The notes below the pieces were generated by a model. That model had not been told where the DNA came from. It did no database searches and saw only the letters and a program-made list of their open reading frames with translations. 64,000 nt of DNA from positions 2,512 through 66,511 of the forward strand of contig CAZOKX010000003.1 in NCBI GenBank assembly GCA_964580785.1. The letters run 5' to 3'. This stretch comes from an uncultured bacterium. GTDB lineage: Bacteria; Chlamydiota; Chlamydiia; Chlamydiales; Rhabdochlamydiaceae. Positions within the stretch are counted from its first letter, which is position 1, and every line of letters begins with the position of its first letter. Position numbers and translations under genes: made by a program. Below are positions 27,177 to 37,189 of the stretch, piece by piece.

Positions 27177-29057
27177 TCAAATTGTTACGGTACCCGTAAT
27201 ATTAATCGCGTGTATGGCTCCCGATAACGTCGCTTGAAATCGGACGTTTTTCAAAATCCTCTGAGCTTTGTCATTGGGAGGAACATTTGCAGCTTTGGGG
27301 ACTGTCACTGTTGGGGCGGGATCATTTGCTATGAAATTATTGCTGATTCCCAGCTGTAAGGCTCTTTTTACCTCGGATTCAATGGCTGTGATTCCTGCAT
27401 CGGTGTAAGGGACTTTATTGCTGTTCACAAGCACGGAATAAACGAACTCTTGAATTCGAGAGGTCAGCCAATCTACTCCACGCACGATATCAATAAATTC
27501 TCCTTGAGCCACAGTGCCTTCCCTGGTAATCCCTACACCGCCAATGAATTCATAGGTATTGGCTTTTTTATTCCTCGCGTTTTGGGATTGGGTGCTTGTG
27601 AGGTTAGAGTAGGAGATGGAGTTTAGCCTTTTGAATTTCCAAGTTTCTGATCCTGGATCAAGAGGAAGGACGCCACCAAACCAAGCACATTCAGGGAAGT
27701 CATTTGCCGCATCTTGGTGATAAAGGACGAATGTCCGGACGTAACCAGCTTGGTTGCATTTAGCTGCAATAGAAGAAAGATCGACTCCAGCAGCTAAATT
27801 GATGATATTTGGATCAGCGGAAGCTGTGCCAAAAAGTTTGATTTGGCCTTCTGTCCATCCTGCTGCTGAGAAAACTGTAGCCGCTGTTCTATCTGTAAGA
27901 GCGAGGGCATACCAGGAGTCATCGACTAATTGGACGGCATTTAAATCATTGATCACAGTGTCAGAAGGTACAAAGGGATTGATGATCAAGCCAAATTGCT
28001 TGCTGAGGATCCCATCAGACACGCTCAGAACAAAACCAGTCCCTGGAACGTTGGCTGTCAGCTCAAAGCTTCCATCGTGGTTGTCTTCAGCGCTCACAGG
28101 TACAGCTGTTTGAGCCACAAGGATTGCAACTAAGGCCGCTGCAATATCTTCATTTGTCTGGACTTCGTTCAAAGTTGTATAGGTAAAAGCGACTCCGTTG
28201 ATTGTCACCGTATAGTCGGTATTCGGTTCCACTTGGGTCACTGTAACCCGCGCGGCATCCGGATTCACGATCGTTGAACTCACGTCTAAGGTGTAAGGAG
28301 TGCCTGGGGTGCCTGCGGTTAAGTTAAAAGTCCCATCGTTGTTATCTGTTGCCGTTACTTCTAGAGCGGCGGTATTTATTGCAGCAACCAATGATCCGGC
28401 AATAGTCTCTGGTGAAACAGGTTGGACGGGGGTCGTAATCGTAGCTGTTGGTTGGCTTGCCCCTCCAGTCACGACAAAAGAGTTGATGATGGCTGAAACG
28501 TTAGGAGCACCAAAAACATTGATGACCAGGTTGGATCCTGTGATGCTAACAGAATCGACGGCGGGATTGGCTTCTAGCGCTGTCGCAATATCATTCATCG
28601 TAGTGATTTGGTCCGTATTGAAGGGGATAGCGGCTAAAGGAGTGCCATTTAGAGTGATTGCAATAGAGTTGCTGGCTACGAAGTTGCCACTCATTGTCAC
28701 TACAGAGTTTTGCGCTGTAGGAGTGGAGGCGACAGTGACATTGGTCGAGTTGATCGTGGTTGTATAATTGAATGGAGACATAGCCGTTTCGACCAAGATC
28801 GTGGCGTTATCTACTGTCCTACGTCCAATGGCTATCTGCTCGGGGCTTAGGTTTTGACTGAAAGCTTCTTGAGCAGCGATATATTCTAGATCAGTAGGAC
28901 TGAAATCATTGCTTACCGCCTGAATATTGCTATAAAACCTGATGCGATCATTAAACCGTTTATGGGTTCCCAAAATCATGAGAAGGCCAAAGCCAGCTTC
29001 TGAAACAGCTTGAGTGTCTCGAGTGATCTGCACGTTTACGATGTCGCTTAATGGCAT
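27177..29057 (-). CDS. Contractile tail sheath protein (DUF3383-like) with inserted surface domains
   Basis: 626 aa. The C-terminal half ([12 protein letters not shown]…[33 protein letters not shown]) fits the sheath family. A ~90-aa insert sits at aa ~118-208, followed by two further beta-alpha-beta-like repeats. Confidence 0.7.
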   Translation of the reverse strand: MPLSDIVNVQITRDTQAVSEAGFGLLMILGTHKRFNDRIRFYSNIQAVSNDFSPTDLEYIAAQEAFSQNLSPEQIAIGRRTVDNATILVETAMSPFNYTTTINSTNVTVASTPTAQNSVVTMSGNFVASNSIAITLNGTPLAAIPFNTDQITTMNDIATALEANPAVDSVSITGSNLVINVFGAPNVSAIINSFVVTGGASQPTATITTPVQPVSPETIAGSLVAAINTAALEVTATDNNDGTFNLTAGTPGTPYTLDVSSTIVNPDAARVTVTQVEPNTDYTVTINGVAFTYTTLNEVQTNEDIAAALVAILVAQTAVPVSAEDNHDGSFELTANVPGTGFVLSVSDGILSKQFGLIINPFVPSDTVINDLNAVQLVDDSWYALALTDRTAATVFSAAGWTEGQIKLFGTASADPNIINLAAGVDLSSIAAKCNQAGYVRTFVLYHQDAANDFPECAWFGGVLPLDPGSETWKFKRLNSISYSNLTSTQSQNARNKKANTYEFIGGVGITREGTVAQGEFIDIVRGVDWLTSRIQEFVYSVLVNSNKVPYTDAGITAIESEVKRALQLGISNNFIANDPAPTVTVPKAANVPPNDKAQRILKNVRFQATLSGAIHAINITGTVTI

Positions 29058-29065
29058 ATCCCCTC

Positions 29066-29614
29066 CTAGGGTATTGTGATTGTGTGATCGTAGACCACGC
29101 TTCCGCTAGCATCTTGATAAATTTCCTCTACCTCGACTGTCTCAATCAGACCTAAATTGTCTTGGTAGTTTTCCCCTATTCTGAAGAGGACATCCATGGC
29201 AGCTCTTTTTTCAAATCGCGAATCTAGGAGTTCGGTGGTATCGTTAATAGAGAAATGATTTACAAACACGATTCCGTTGGCTCTTAAAGTATCCAATACA
29301 GTTTGCATCTGCAGGCTGTTTCTTAAATCTTCAAGACGGGTGATGCAATCCCCGCCATAAGTTTGAATCTGCAGAGTGAATTCTCTATCGCCTACCATGT
29401 CTACTAATCCATTGACATCGGCCTCTGGGGTGTAGTCTTCGCCTATTTGATTCAGAGCACTGAGCAATAAAGTCACATATGGCTGAGCGGGACGCGGAGC
29501 ATTTTCATTCAAGAAAATGACCGAACATCCAGGGCAATTAGCTAAGGCCCAGGCATAGAGATTAGTCTTTATTGTCTCAAAGTTAAGCGGCATTCCTGTC
29601 TCCGTATAAGACAA
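29066..29614 (-). CDS. Neck / tail-terminator-like protein
   Basis: 182 aa, immediately upstream of the sheath gene. Assigned by position only. Confidence 0.35.
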   Translation of the reverse strand: MSYTETGMPLNFETIKTNLYAWALANCPGCSVIFLNENAPRPAQPYVTLLLSALNQIGEDYTPEADVNGLVDMVGDREFTLQIQTYGGDCITRLEDLRNSLQMQTVLDTLRANGIVFVNHFSINDTTELLDSRFEKRAAMDVLFRIGENYQDNLGLIETVEVEEIYQDASGSVVYDHTITIP

Positions 29615-29780
29615 GAACAGAGTGAAGCTTATGTCCTTCCATCTCCATATTGGGCACGTAAAACGTGTCGTATTTGATGTCCAACAGCCGCCATGCGTTG
29701 TCTATGATTTCTTGTAAAAACTCATTCAACCTTGATTCAAGAATTGAGTGATCGGTTTCTGATATCATTTTTGCTTTCAT
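29583..29780 (-). CDS. Small hypothetical neck-region protein
   Basis: 65-aa ORF packed between neck genes. Confidence 0.3.
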   Translation of the reverse strand: MKAKMISETDHSILESRLNEFLQEIIDNAWRLLDIKYDTFYVPNMEMEGHKLHSVLVLYGDRNAA

Positions 29781-30136
29781 TATTGTCCCTCTAATCGTAA
29801 GACTATGTATTTGTAGTGGTTTACCAACCCCATTGCTGAGGCATTTTGCCAGGGAAAAACTTGAACTACTTCGAAGGTTTTTCCAAAAAAAAGAACAAGG
29901 TCAGGGTTTACCGCTGTAACCGTGTTGATGAGAGTTGAGGTAAAAAGTTTATATCCCTCCGAATCTCTTCTTGCTTCTGGCAGCTCCTCCATCTCTTCAC
30001 CCTTCATGGGTTGGATGCTGGAGGTAATTTGAGTATCTGTGTAAGTACCATCGGTCCAGCGCCCATTTGTATATCCTCCGCTTTGAAAGCGGCGCAGTGT
30101 TACAGGGGAGCGAAAGATTTCAAATGGCGACGTCAT
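29780..30136 (-). CDS. Head-closure / neck protein (by position)
   Basis: 118 aa, translationally coupled on both sides. Confidence 0.4.
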   Translation of the reverse strand: MTSPFEIFRSPVTLRRFQSGGYTNGRWTDGTYTDTQITSSIQPMKGEEMEELPEARRDSEGYKLFTSTLINTVTAVNPDLVLFFGKTFEVVQVFPWQNASAMGLVNHYKYIVLRLEGQ

Positions 30137-30615
30137 TTAAGCACCACCTTATAGCGCACCGATTGCACCATCTGACCGAAGTCAATTAAAGGTTTGGAGC
30201 TCTTCTTAATTGCAATGGTTCTTGGAGAGTTGGGGGGAGAGACGATAGCACGGATCTTTTGCACGATTAACTTAGTCATCAGTTGACCGATCAATCCTAA
30301 AGATCTTTCTGTAGTGCTTCTGCCATCTAAAATTTTATTGTATTCGCCTTGGATCGCTTTGTTGATTAATGCCTTGTTTTCGTCGAAGCTTGTGGACATG
30401 AAAGGCCGAGCGGGAATGATTTTTGTTCCAAATTCATTCTCTGCTGCTATTTGAGGAATCGAAAGACCAGCTGTTTGCTTGCGTTGTCCCTTGACTTGAG
30501 TCTTAGTGACGGTTCCCTCTTGAAAACCTACCTTGACGTGAGAGCCATCTAGCAAAGCAATCTGCCTTTGGATTTCTGCAAACCCTAAATCTTTATCCCT
30601 GACAACAACACGCAT
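30133..30615 (-). CDS. HK97 gp10-family head-tail joining protein
   Basis: 160 aa. ENEFGTKIIPARPFMSTSFD matches the gp10-family EFGT…ARPF signature. Confidence 0.65.
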   Translation of the reverse strand: MRVVVRDKDLGFAEIQRQIALLDGSHVKVGFQEGTVTKTQVKGQRKQTAGLSIPQIAAENEFGTKIIPARPFMSTSFDENKALINKAIQGEYNKILDGRSTTERSLGLIGQLMTKLIVQKIRAIVSPPNSPRTIAIKKSSKPLIDFGQMVQSVRYKVVLK

Positions 30616-31006
30616 TGATCACCGCAAAGTTTGGGGGTAAATTTGTTACAGTCGAGCCGATTACGGTTCGCTTGATCAAGTCCTTGTAAAGCCTTCCATA
30701 TTGGGTAGCGTCCAAAATCGAAGAGTCATTACCGATAGCTAAGCCAATCGAAAGCTCTCCCTCACCAAGATTGGTCGCGACCCCTGTCTGAGGGCTGGTC
30801 TGTAATTGAAGCCAATGAGCCAAAAGATAGACGTAGGCCAATACACCGCAGCAAGATAGGACCCGTTCATTGACTTGGCATCTCAACAAACCAATCATGG
30901 TGTTGTAGTTAGCCAACTTCGTTGGGTCAGTCGTATAGAACTGAGGTGCAAGAACAAACAACGTATCAATGATCGTTTGACTTGGTATTGGATCCGAAAT
31001 GCTCAT
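30593..31006 (-). CDS. Head-tail adaptor (DUF4054-like)
   Basis: 137 aa, downstream of the capsid gene region. Assigned by position and a weak pattern. Confidence 0.4.
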   Translation of the reverse strand: MSISDPIPSQTIIDTLFVLAPQFYTTDPTKLANYNTMIGLLRCQVNERVLSCCGVLAYVYLLAHWLQLQTSPQTGVATNLGEGELSIGLAIGNDSSILDATQYGRLYKDLIKRTVIGSTVTNLPPNFAVINACCCQG

Positions 31007-31349
31007 TTTCTTCTGCCTCTGCTTGATGAGAAATTTTATGAAGCTGTTTTTTAGCTGCGTCTACGACCTTTTCTCGGCCATCTTCCTCGATAATTCGATT
31101 TAGATAAGCGTGATCATAAATTTGAGGGATGAGCTTCATCATCTCCTTAACCGACTTCTTACCATCCGCTTCTTTGTCTGGAGATTCGGGAATAATCACG
31201 ATGATTCCTTCTTCGACCCTATGTTGAAATAAAGGATGAAGGAGGAGGGCTTTGAGTTCGCCCTCCGGAATCTCATTGATCCCTGGCATCAGGCGGCTGG
31301 TAAAGTTACAATAGTAGACGTTCTTACCGTTGTACTTGACTAGAGCCAT
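30966..31349 (-). CDS. Hypothetical head-module protein
   Basis: 127-aa ORF starting at the capsid gene stop. Confidence 0.4.
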   Translation of the reverse strand: MALVKYNGKNVYYCNFTSRLMPGINEIPEGELKALLLHPLFQHRVEEGIIVIIPESPDKEADGKKSVKEMMKLIPQIYDHAYLNRIIEEDGREKVVDAAKKQLHKISHQAEAEENEHFGSNTKSNDH

Positions 31350-32278
31350 TAGATTCCCTCCCCGATGGACAACGAGAGTGGGTAATAGATGATGATCCCA
31401 CCGTAACGAGACTCGCAGTTGATGATGAACTCAAGACCACGCTCTTGAGGTGGGTATTGAGTAAATGGCATCGGAATCTCCATCGTGAGCTTATCAGGGT
31501 TCTTCTCATAAGCGATCATGATGTCAACCCCTGAAGGACCAGCACCCTTCAATTCAGGTACCCAATCAACGGTTGTGATGAAAGGGTTGTTCTGAATGAA
31601 ATACTCCAAGATCGTCGTATCGCTGTTAGCGGAACGAGGAGTTGAAGAGATCAAAGTGTATTGGTCGATAGGAAGAATCAGCGTGTTAGGCATTTCAACC
31701 CCGTTTGTGAGACCTACAATGCCATTTGATAATTGGTTCATATCGCGCAAGATTTGATCAGGCGTTTTATTTACCCAAAGAGTTGATCCCCCTGTACCAT
31801 CCGCTGGAACAGAAGCTGCTGGGATATTTGGGTTATTGGTCAGACCAAGAATATTGGAGGCAGTATCTCCAAACCAGGCAAGCCTGTTTACTTTTTGGTC
31901 ATTGGCTCTTCGAGTGGCATTTGCCTGACGTTGTGTAAGGCTTCGGCCTACAAACATCGCGGCTCTAATCTCCTGCATCGAATAACCATAGCTAGCTCCA
32001 ATGGATTTCACTGGAGTGATGAATTCCTTACCGCGAATATCGCAACGAGGAAAGTCATCGGCATAACTCGAAATGATTCGAGCAAGCCCTGTTTCTTCAA
32101 ATGATTGGTACGTGATCGATTCCGCACCTGCTCCGGCCTCTGTGCTAACAGGAATTAGCTTGATGGCTTTGAGAGGAGGGAACTCGATGTCGTACGACTT
32201 TGATTTTATGTACTCGAGCTCACGGGCAAAGAACGCTGTCTCTCCCGCGTCGAGGTTAACGCTAACAATTTTATCCAT
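31349..32278 (-). CDS. Major capsid protein (DUF2184 / encapsulin-like HK97 fold)
   Basis: 309 aa. AGETAFFARELEYIKSKSYDIEFPPLKAIKLIPVS… fits the DUF2184 capsid N-terminal pattern. Position after the scaffold-like and cement-like genes. Confidence 0.7.
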   Translation of the reverse strand: MDKIVSVNLDAGETAFFARELEYIKSKSYDIEFPPLKAIKLIPVSTEAGAGAESITYQSFEETGLARIISSYADDFPRCDIRGKEFITPVKSIGASYGYSMQEIRAAMFVGRSLTQRQANATRRANDQKVNRLAWFGDTASNILGLTNNPNIPAASVPADGTGGSTLWVNKTPDQILRDMNQLSNGIVGLTNGVEMPNTLILPIDQYTLISSTPRSANSDTTILEYFIQNNPFITTVDWVPELKGAGPSGVDIMIAYEKNPDKLTMEIPMPFTQYPPQERGLEFIINCESRYGGIIIYYPLSLSIGEGI

Positions 32279-32290
32279 TTTACCTTCTCC

Positions 32291-33073
32291 TTAGTTCGGC
32301 AAGTTGATTTCTAACGTTGCAACAGCACCAGCAGTAGCTCCAACCGTGTATCTTGCAGTTGGAAGCGCGATAGCTCGGCCCCCATCTGAATCAGCACGGA
32401 ATCCACCAGGGAGCAGAAGACCATTGGCAGCAAATCTCCAGTAAACTGGACTATCGCTGGTTAGGGTTTGCTCTGCCGCTACATAGACACGACCTCTGGT
32501 GAGCAGGGATACGCAATCGCCCTGGAAATAAATCGGATTCCCGAAAGAACCGAGCTGGTTCAAAGGGTTCGGTTTATTTTGAGTTCTTGCACCCACTCCA
32601 TAGAAAGTGTCTTGGGTAGTGTTTGTGATGGTTGCTGTGGCTTGCGATGCGCCTGCCGTTACTACGAATGAGTTAACGATGGCGACATTTCCCTCTGTGG
32701 CTCTCACAGTAAGGGTATGGTTGCTTGGATCACTTACTACTGCAGAAGCAATATGAGGTTGAGCCAAGATCGCAGCTGCGATAGCGTTCATTGTTGCAAC
32801 ACTAGAAGTTGCAAAGGTAATGGGCGCTAGGGCCACTCCGTTGACACTGACATTGATCACGTTTGATGTGACGAGGTCAGCGCTGATGACGGTGGTCGAT
32901 AGGTTAGACTGAGGAAGGCGAACGACGTAATCTTGACCGATTACCTTCGCAAGACCCAGACCTACGTTAAAATTCTCGAATGCAATCGGAGAAAGGACGT
33001 TTTTAAAGCCAGAATCGGCTAAAAGACCTACGCTTCCGACATCCATTAAAAAGGGATAGCTTAGTTGTGGCAT
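32291..33073 (-). CDS. Head decoration / cement-like protein carrying the shared ~90-aa insert
   Basis: 260 aa between the DUF2213-like and capsid genes. The insert at aa ~60-150 (VSVNGVALAPITFATSSVATMNAIAAAILAQPHIASAVV…VVTAGASQATATIT) is paralogous to the inserts in the sheath and baseplate J proteins. Confidence 0.5.
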   Translation of the reverse strand: MPQLSYPFLMDVGSVGLLADSGFKNVLSPIAFENFNVGLGLAKVIGQDYVVRLPQSNLSTTVISADLVTSNVINVSVNGVALAPITFATSSVATMNAIAAAILAQPHIASAVVSDPSNHTLTVRATEGNVAIVNSFVVTAGASQATATITNTTQDTFYGVGARTQNKPNPLNQLGSFGNPIYFQGDCVSLLTRGRVYVAAEQTLTSDSPVYWRFAANGLLLPGGFRADSDGGRAIALPTARYTVGATAGAVATLEINLPN

Positions 33074-34374
33074 GGTATTTTACCTCCTGGCTTGAAACCA
33101 TTTTTCATCTTGTCGATCATCGCCTGACGCGCCATTGCGGAATCGGCAGGTTGATGGTCGAATTTAGTTTTGTACTCAACTGGGGTTGCAATGACCTGAG
33201 ATGGGGCAGGAGTCATGTCCTCAAGCAGAGCGTCGAATCTCGCTTGAATATAGACCGCAGTCTTCCCATCTAGATTTGCGTGCTTTTGGCGGGCTTTGAT
33301 GACTTCTTTCTTGATTTCCAAGTCGGACATATCATCAACTCTGGCCAAGGTTTTAGAATCCAGGACAGTTTCTGCAATTTTTTGCAGTTTGACCCGTTCC
33401 TTAACGAGAGATCTGATAAACGCAGCGTCCATGTTATTGTATTTGTCATTCTCTCTTTTCTCTTTGTCTTGAGGTTTTGGAGGAACTCGCTCGCCGTTAG
33501 GAGCTTTGACAGGAGTTTCTTGGGTTGCATAAGGATTTTCCTTAGACATGTAGCCCACTTCTTTCTCTATCTTTTCTTCTTCCTTATCAGCCTCTTTTTC
33601 CTCTTCCTCATCGTCCCCATTTTTCATGGAGCTCAATTCAGCCGATAACCGATCTCTTTCTTCGGCTATCCTGCTTCTTTCTGCCTCGAGATTTGCGATG
33701 CGGGCAAGCAGCTGTTCAACTTGATTAGCTACATTGTCCTCCATCAAAATCTCGTCATCGTCAATCTTGACTTTCCTTTTAGCCATATTGGCCTCCTCTA
33801 TTAAGATTTCTTCTGCATCGAAACTGTCTAATGCTATTCTTGCCTCGCTGCCTGCTCTGGCGTTGTCAACAATGCTTAGGTGGTTGTATTTGATATTGGT
33901 TTGGCGGAAGTTATAGGGCTGACCCTCATAACTCCCTTCTTCTGGGATAAGATCGACGGTGTACCCTAAAGAGAGCTCTTTACGGTTTCTTTCGGTAACG
34001 TCCTTAACACTAGCCAGGTCTGTAATCAGTAAGTTGGAAAGGACAAACTCCCCGTCTTGAGTAATTGTTTCGCCTGTATAACCAATGGCAAGACGTTTGG
34101 CATTTTCAGCCGAGACAAGACGTTCTTGAGGATGCCCATTTGTCACAGGAATCATTTTCAGGCTGTCTAGACTATCGGTCTTAAAAACCTCATCAGGATG
34201 ACGCAGTTCTTTCCGAATCGTTCCGTCGGGGTTTTTATAGAGAAAAACACCGGTACGGGTGACGACAGCATTTGCTTTGATGTAGCCTTGTTCAGTGATG
34301 AAGGCGTCGCCTTTGACTTGTCCTCTATCAAAACGAGCAACATCATTCAATTTCATTATTTTCCCCAAACTCAA
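33061..34374 (-). CDS. DUF2213-like head scaffold / maturation protein
   Basis: 437 aa. N-terminus FITEQGYIKANAVVTRTGVFLYKNPDGTIRKELRHPDEVF…IPVTNGHP. Coiled-coil Glu/Lys-rich centre. Confidence 0.6.
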   Translation of the reverse strand: MSLGKIMKLNDVARFDRGQVKGDAFITEQGYIKANAVVTRTGVFLYKNPDGTIRKELRHPDEVFKTDSLDSLKMIPVTNGHPQERLVSAENAKRLAIGYTGETITQDGEFVLSNLLITDLASVKDVTERNRKELSLGYTVDLIPEEGSYEGQPYNFRQTNIKYNHLSIVDNARAGSEARIALDSFDAEEILIEEANMAKRKVKIDDDEILMEDNVANQVEQLLARIANLEAERSRIAEERDRLSAELSSMKNGDDEEEEKEADKEEEKIEKEVGYMSKENPYATQETPVKAPNGERVPPKPQDKEKRENDKYNNMDAAFIRSLVKERVKLQKIAETVLDSKTLARVDDMSDLEIKKEVIKARQKHANLDGKTAVYIQARFDALLEDMTPAPSQVIATPVEYKTKFDHQPADSAMARQAMIDKMKNGFKPGGKIPCHN

Positions 34375-34495
34375 AACTTTAAAATCACAACAATTTAGCT
34401 TTCAGTGCGTTGGCTAGATGGGTAGCTGGATGGTTGGTTAGCTGTATGTATGGATTTCTGGGAAGTTTGTTGTTTGGGTGAATGAGTGATTGGGT

Positions 34496-35347
34496 CTAGA
34501 CATCCAAGAGTCCTTCAAGAACCGGAACGGCTACACATCGGCAATTGATGTCCGTTGAGGGATGACCTGTATCTTTCGGAGGGTTATCCCAACGAAATTT
34601 CTTCCCATCATGGGCTCTATGTGTAGGACGAACTCTTTCATCGCCTGCCGTTTGCCAAATGTATTCTTCGACACCTAATTCCTGCTGCCTAAGCCGAGTT
34701 AAGCTCGCATTCAATTTTGATGTCTGGTCTCTCGCGATTAACTTCGCGCGCCGTCTAGTTATTCCGAATCTTTCTTGGATAGATTGAGTCATTGAGTGAA
34801 ATCTGCTTCCTTCCTGCAAGCCTCTTTCGATGATCTGTGCGACCTGATCGAGCTCTTGTTCTGGAAGAGAGCGGATTAGTTGAGCATTTTGGCTAGCAAA
34901 CAGTTTGAGCTGATCTTGCAGCCAGGGCTGGTCGATAAAAATATCAATTCCAAACACGGAATTGTTAATCTTGTCGAACTGCCTTTTATTGTACCTGGCG
35001 ACTTGTACGCCAATTTTTTTCGATTCCGCTATAGTTTCTTCAACTTTACCCTTTATAGCTTGTATTACAGAATTTATCAATCTTTTTAGTTCATCAGAAA
35101 AATCATCCCCCCTAGAAGAAGAAGTTGGATAGAATTGTTCTACCTCGGAAATGAGAGAGGGGAGAGCGGGGATAATGATCTCTTTAATCAGACGTTTTAA
35201 CTCGTTGGTCAGTGAAAATAAAGCTCTCTTATATTCCCGTTCTTGAGAAGAGGGCGGATGCCATTTGGGAGGCTTTTTTAATTTGGAAGGATTCACCTTT
35301 ACAAGACGACGCTGATGAATTTTAGTCAGCTGATCAATAGAGACCAT
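34496..35347 (-). CDS. Minor head protein, Mu F / SPP1 gp7 family
   Basis: 283 aa. WQTAGDERVRPTHRAHDGKKFRW…GHPSTDINCRCVAVPV is the family signature. Confidence 0.85.
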   Translation of the reverse strand: MVSIDQLTKIHQRRLVKVNPSKLKKPPKWHPPSSQEREYKRALFSLTNELKRLIKEIIIPALPSLISEVEQFYPTSSSRGDDFSDELKRLINSVIQAIKGKVEETIAESKKIGVQVARYNKRQFDKINNSVFGIDIFIDQPWLQDQLKLFASQNAQLIRSLPEQELDQVAQIIERGLQEGSRFHSMTQSIQERFGITRRRAKLIARDQTSKLNASLTRLRQQELGVEEYIWQTAGDERVRPTHRAHDGKKFRWDNPPKDTGHPSTDINCRCVAVPVLEGLLDV

Positions 35348-35349
35348 TA

Positions 35350-36807
35350 CTATATAGCTCCGCGATACCTTACCCCTGTTGGCATAAAGTCAGGTCCAAT
35401 ACCAGGTGAGGGAGTTTCCTGGGCTTTTTTCTCTTTCTCGAGTTCGGCGACTTCTTCAGGGTCAAAACCACCCTCTCTAGCCTCAAGATCCACTTCAGTA
35501 TTCATTGACCATCTGTTACCGCCAAAACGAGAGACGGCTACTTCTGCAGGATCCAGAACACCTCGATCCAGGTAAATGGCATCTGTTTCTGCCACAATCT
35601 TTCTGACAAGGGCCTCTTGCTCTTCCGTGTTTTGCCAAAGAGGCACAAACTGGATAGACCAGTTTTCTGGTTCGACTCCGGCGAAGGATCCATCTTTGGA
35701 GAGCATGATGTAGCGAGTCAGCTTTTCAAGCATGGGCTTGAGCTTAGACTCTTGCTCTTGTTTGACCATGTCGTAAAAATTTCTGACGTCGTTATCTCCT
35801 GTAGCATTCATGCCTGCCGCACTTCTTCCGAAGAGCAGGGATACGGGGACGCCAGAGACCGCAGATAGAGCCAACATAAAACGGTCGAGAAGCTCAGGGA
35901 TACCAGAGATGTTTGTGGATGCTTTTTCATATTTCTCCGCAGCATCCAATATCATCGTATTGGTTGCTCCTTTTGTGAGGTTAAGTAGATCCAAGCGTTT
36001 CATGACTTGATTATCAGCACATTGAGAAGCGATCAATTCAGCCAGATTAGGGATGGAGAGGGTATAATTGACAAAATCCTGCATGATCAGGCCCGCATTC
36101 GCAAAGGCCGTGGAATAATTACGCAGTTCATTATAGATCGATTGAATAAGAGGGTCTCCCCAACCATTGTTGAAATTTTGCTGTCTTGGCGGCAGTAATG
36201 ACCAATCCGCGCGCAGGATGCGCGAGTGGTGCACATAGAAAAGTGCGCCCGTGCGTGTATCATTAACTGTGTAAACGTTGGGGAACCCATAGTTGGGGCT
36301 GTTCAGGTCTTTTTCGAACGTTCCATCTCTACTGAAAGCTTGATAGCGGTCAAAAACATGAAGCCACTTCACATCACGGATGTTTTTCTCATCTACAGGC
36401 TCCTCAAGAGGAAGGCCGTCTGCAATACCCATAACGCATAAAGCCCCTCCATAGAGCCTTGCCCAACGGAGCACTGTGATTAAGTTGAAATTGGCCTTAA
36501 TGGATTCCATCTTGGCGTTGATCTCTTGATTCGCATCGCCTTCGATTTCCCAGCCTTGACGAACCATTTCAGCAGGAACGATATCCATAATCCGGCGCGT
36601 AATTCCATCAGATCTATAAAGCTGATCTAACTCTGTCTGTTCAAAAATTCTCTCTATCCAGAAATGTGCATGAACATTTTTGTCTCGACCCCGCATACCA
36701 AGTCCTGTTAAGACATTGATCCAACCATCAGATTTGACGGCTCCATCGTTATGGGGGATACGGCTTTGTTCTTCGGCTGATTTTTTCTCAAAATTATACG
36801 TGCCCAT
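35350..36807 (-). CDS. Portal protein (DUF1073-type)
   Basis: 485 aa. DGWINVLTGLGMRGRDKNVHAHF…LDQLYRSDGITRRIMDIVPAEMVRQGWEIEGD. Followed by the MuF-like gene. Confidence 0.8.
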   Translation of the reverse strand: MGTYNFEKKSAEEQSRIPHNDGAVKSDGWINVLTGLGMRGRDKNVHAHFWIERIFEQTELDQLYRSDGITRRIMDIVPAEMVRQGWEIEGDANQEINAKMESIKANFNLITVLRWARLYGGALCVMGIADGLPLEEPVDEKNIRDVKWLHVFDRYQAFSRDGTFEKDLNSPNYGFPNVYTVNDTRTGALFYVHHSRILRADWSLLPPRQQNFNNGWGDPLIQSIYNELRNYSTAFANAGLIMQDFVNYTLSIPNLAELIASQCADNQVMKRLDLLNLTKGATNTMILDAAEKYEKASTNISGIPELLDRFMLALSAVSGVPVSLLFGRSAAGMNATGDNDVRNFYDMVKQEQESKLKPMLEKLTRYIMLSKDGSFAGVEPENWSIQFVPLWQNTEEQEALVRKIVAETDAIYLDRGVLDPAEVAVSRFGGNRWSMNTEVDLEAREGGFDPEEVAELEKEKKAQETPSPGIGPDFMPTGVRYRGAI

Positions 36808-36983
36808 GTTCTTCCAAGAGTTAAAGACTTAAGGTGATCTGCTTTATTGGGAAAATGGGTAGTTTGGTCTAGAAGATGACCATTTTTGAGTAGATGGGTC
36901 TTTTAATTAGGCGACTTTACCTAGTTGAAATCTACCTTATCATAGGTATCTAAAAAATAACAGGGCAAGCTTAAGAAATACTG

Positions 36984-37154
36984 CTATCTTTTGCTTATAC
37001 GATTTATTTTCGCCAACATAACTGCAAGTAGAACCGTCTGAGTAACAAGTGCGATGATGACGATCCAACCAAATATCTCCATACCCATGCAACAATTTTT
37101 CATCATGCCCATCATCTCATTATTGCCTTGCATCATGTTCATCTGCCCATCCAT
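36984..37154 (-). CDS. ORF absent from the supplied track: 56-aa Met-rich single-pass membrane peptide (possible Cu/metal-associated)
   Basis: Hand translation gives MDGQMNMMQGNNEMMGMMKNCCMGMEIFGWIVIIALVTQTVLLAVMLAKINRISKR. An AAGAGG Shine-Dalgarno lies 5 nt upstream. Downstream of the ATPase on the same strand. Confidence 0.4.
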   Translation of the reverse strand: MDGQMNMMQGNNEMMGMMKNCCMGMEIFGWIVIIALVTQTVLLAVMLAKINRISKR

Positions 37155-37189
37155 CAAAACCTCTTATTGAAAGCTTTTGTCTCTTGTTT

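Noticed and set aside
8326-36441. Many plus-strand ORFs of 60-155 aa inside the virion block (e.g. 8358-8687, 9054-9350, 20374-20637, 20818-21084, 27754-28113, 28300-28767, 33280-33648, 35617-35868)
   Set aside because: All are antisense to long minus-strand genes with clear phage-protein signatures. Their products are low-complexity with no motifs, so they are shadow ORFs.
34375-36900. Shared motifs upstream of late genes on the coding strand (CTACCCA(T/A) and GACCCA.TC.ACTCA before the portal and DUF2213-like genes; CTACCCA also before the ParB-MTase gene at ~56050)
   Set aside because: There are only three loci, the spacing to the start codons and between motifs varies, and the motifs are short. 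A late-promoter element is possible but not supportable without a statistical motif search or TSS data.
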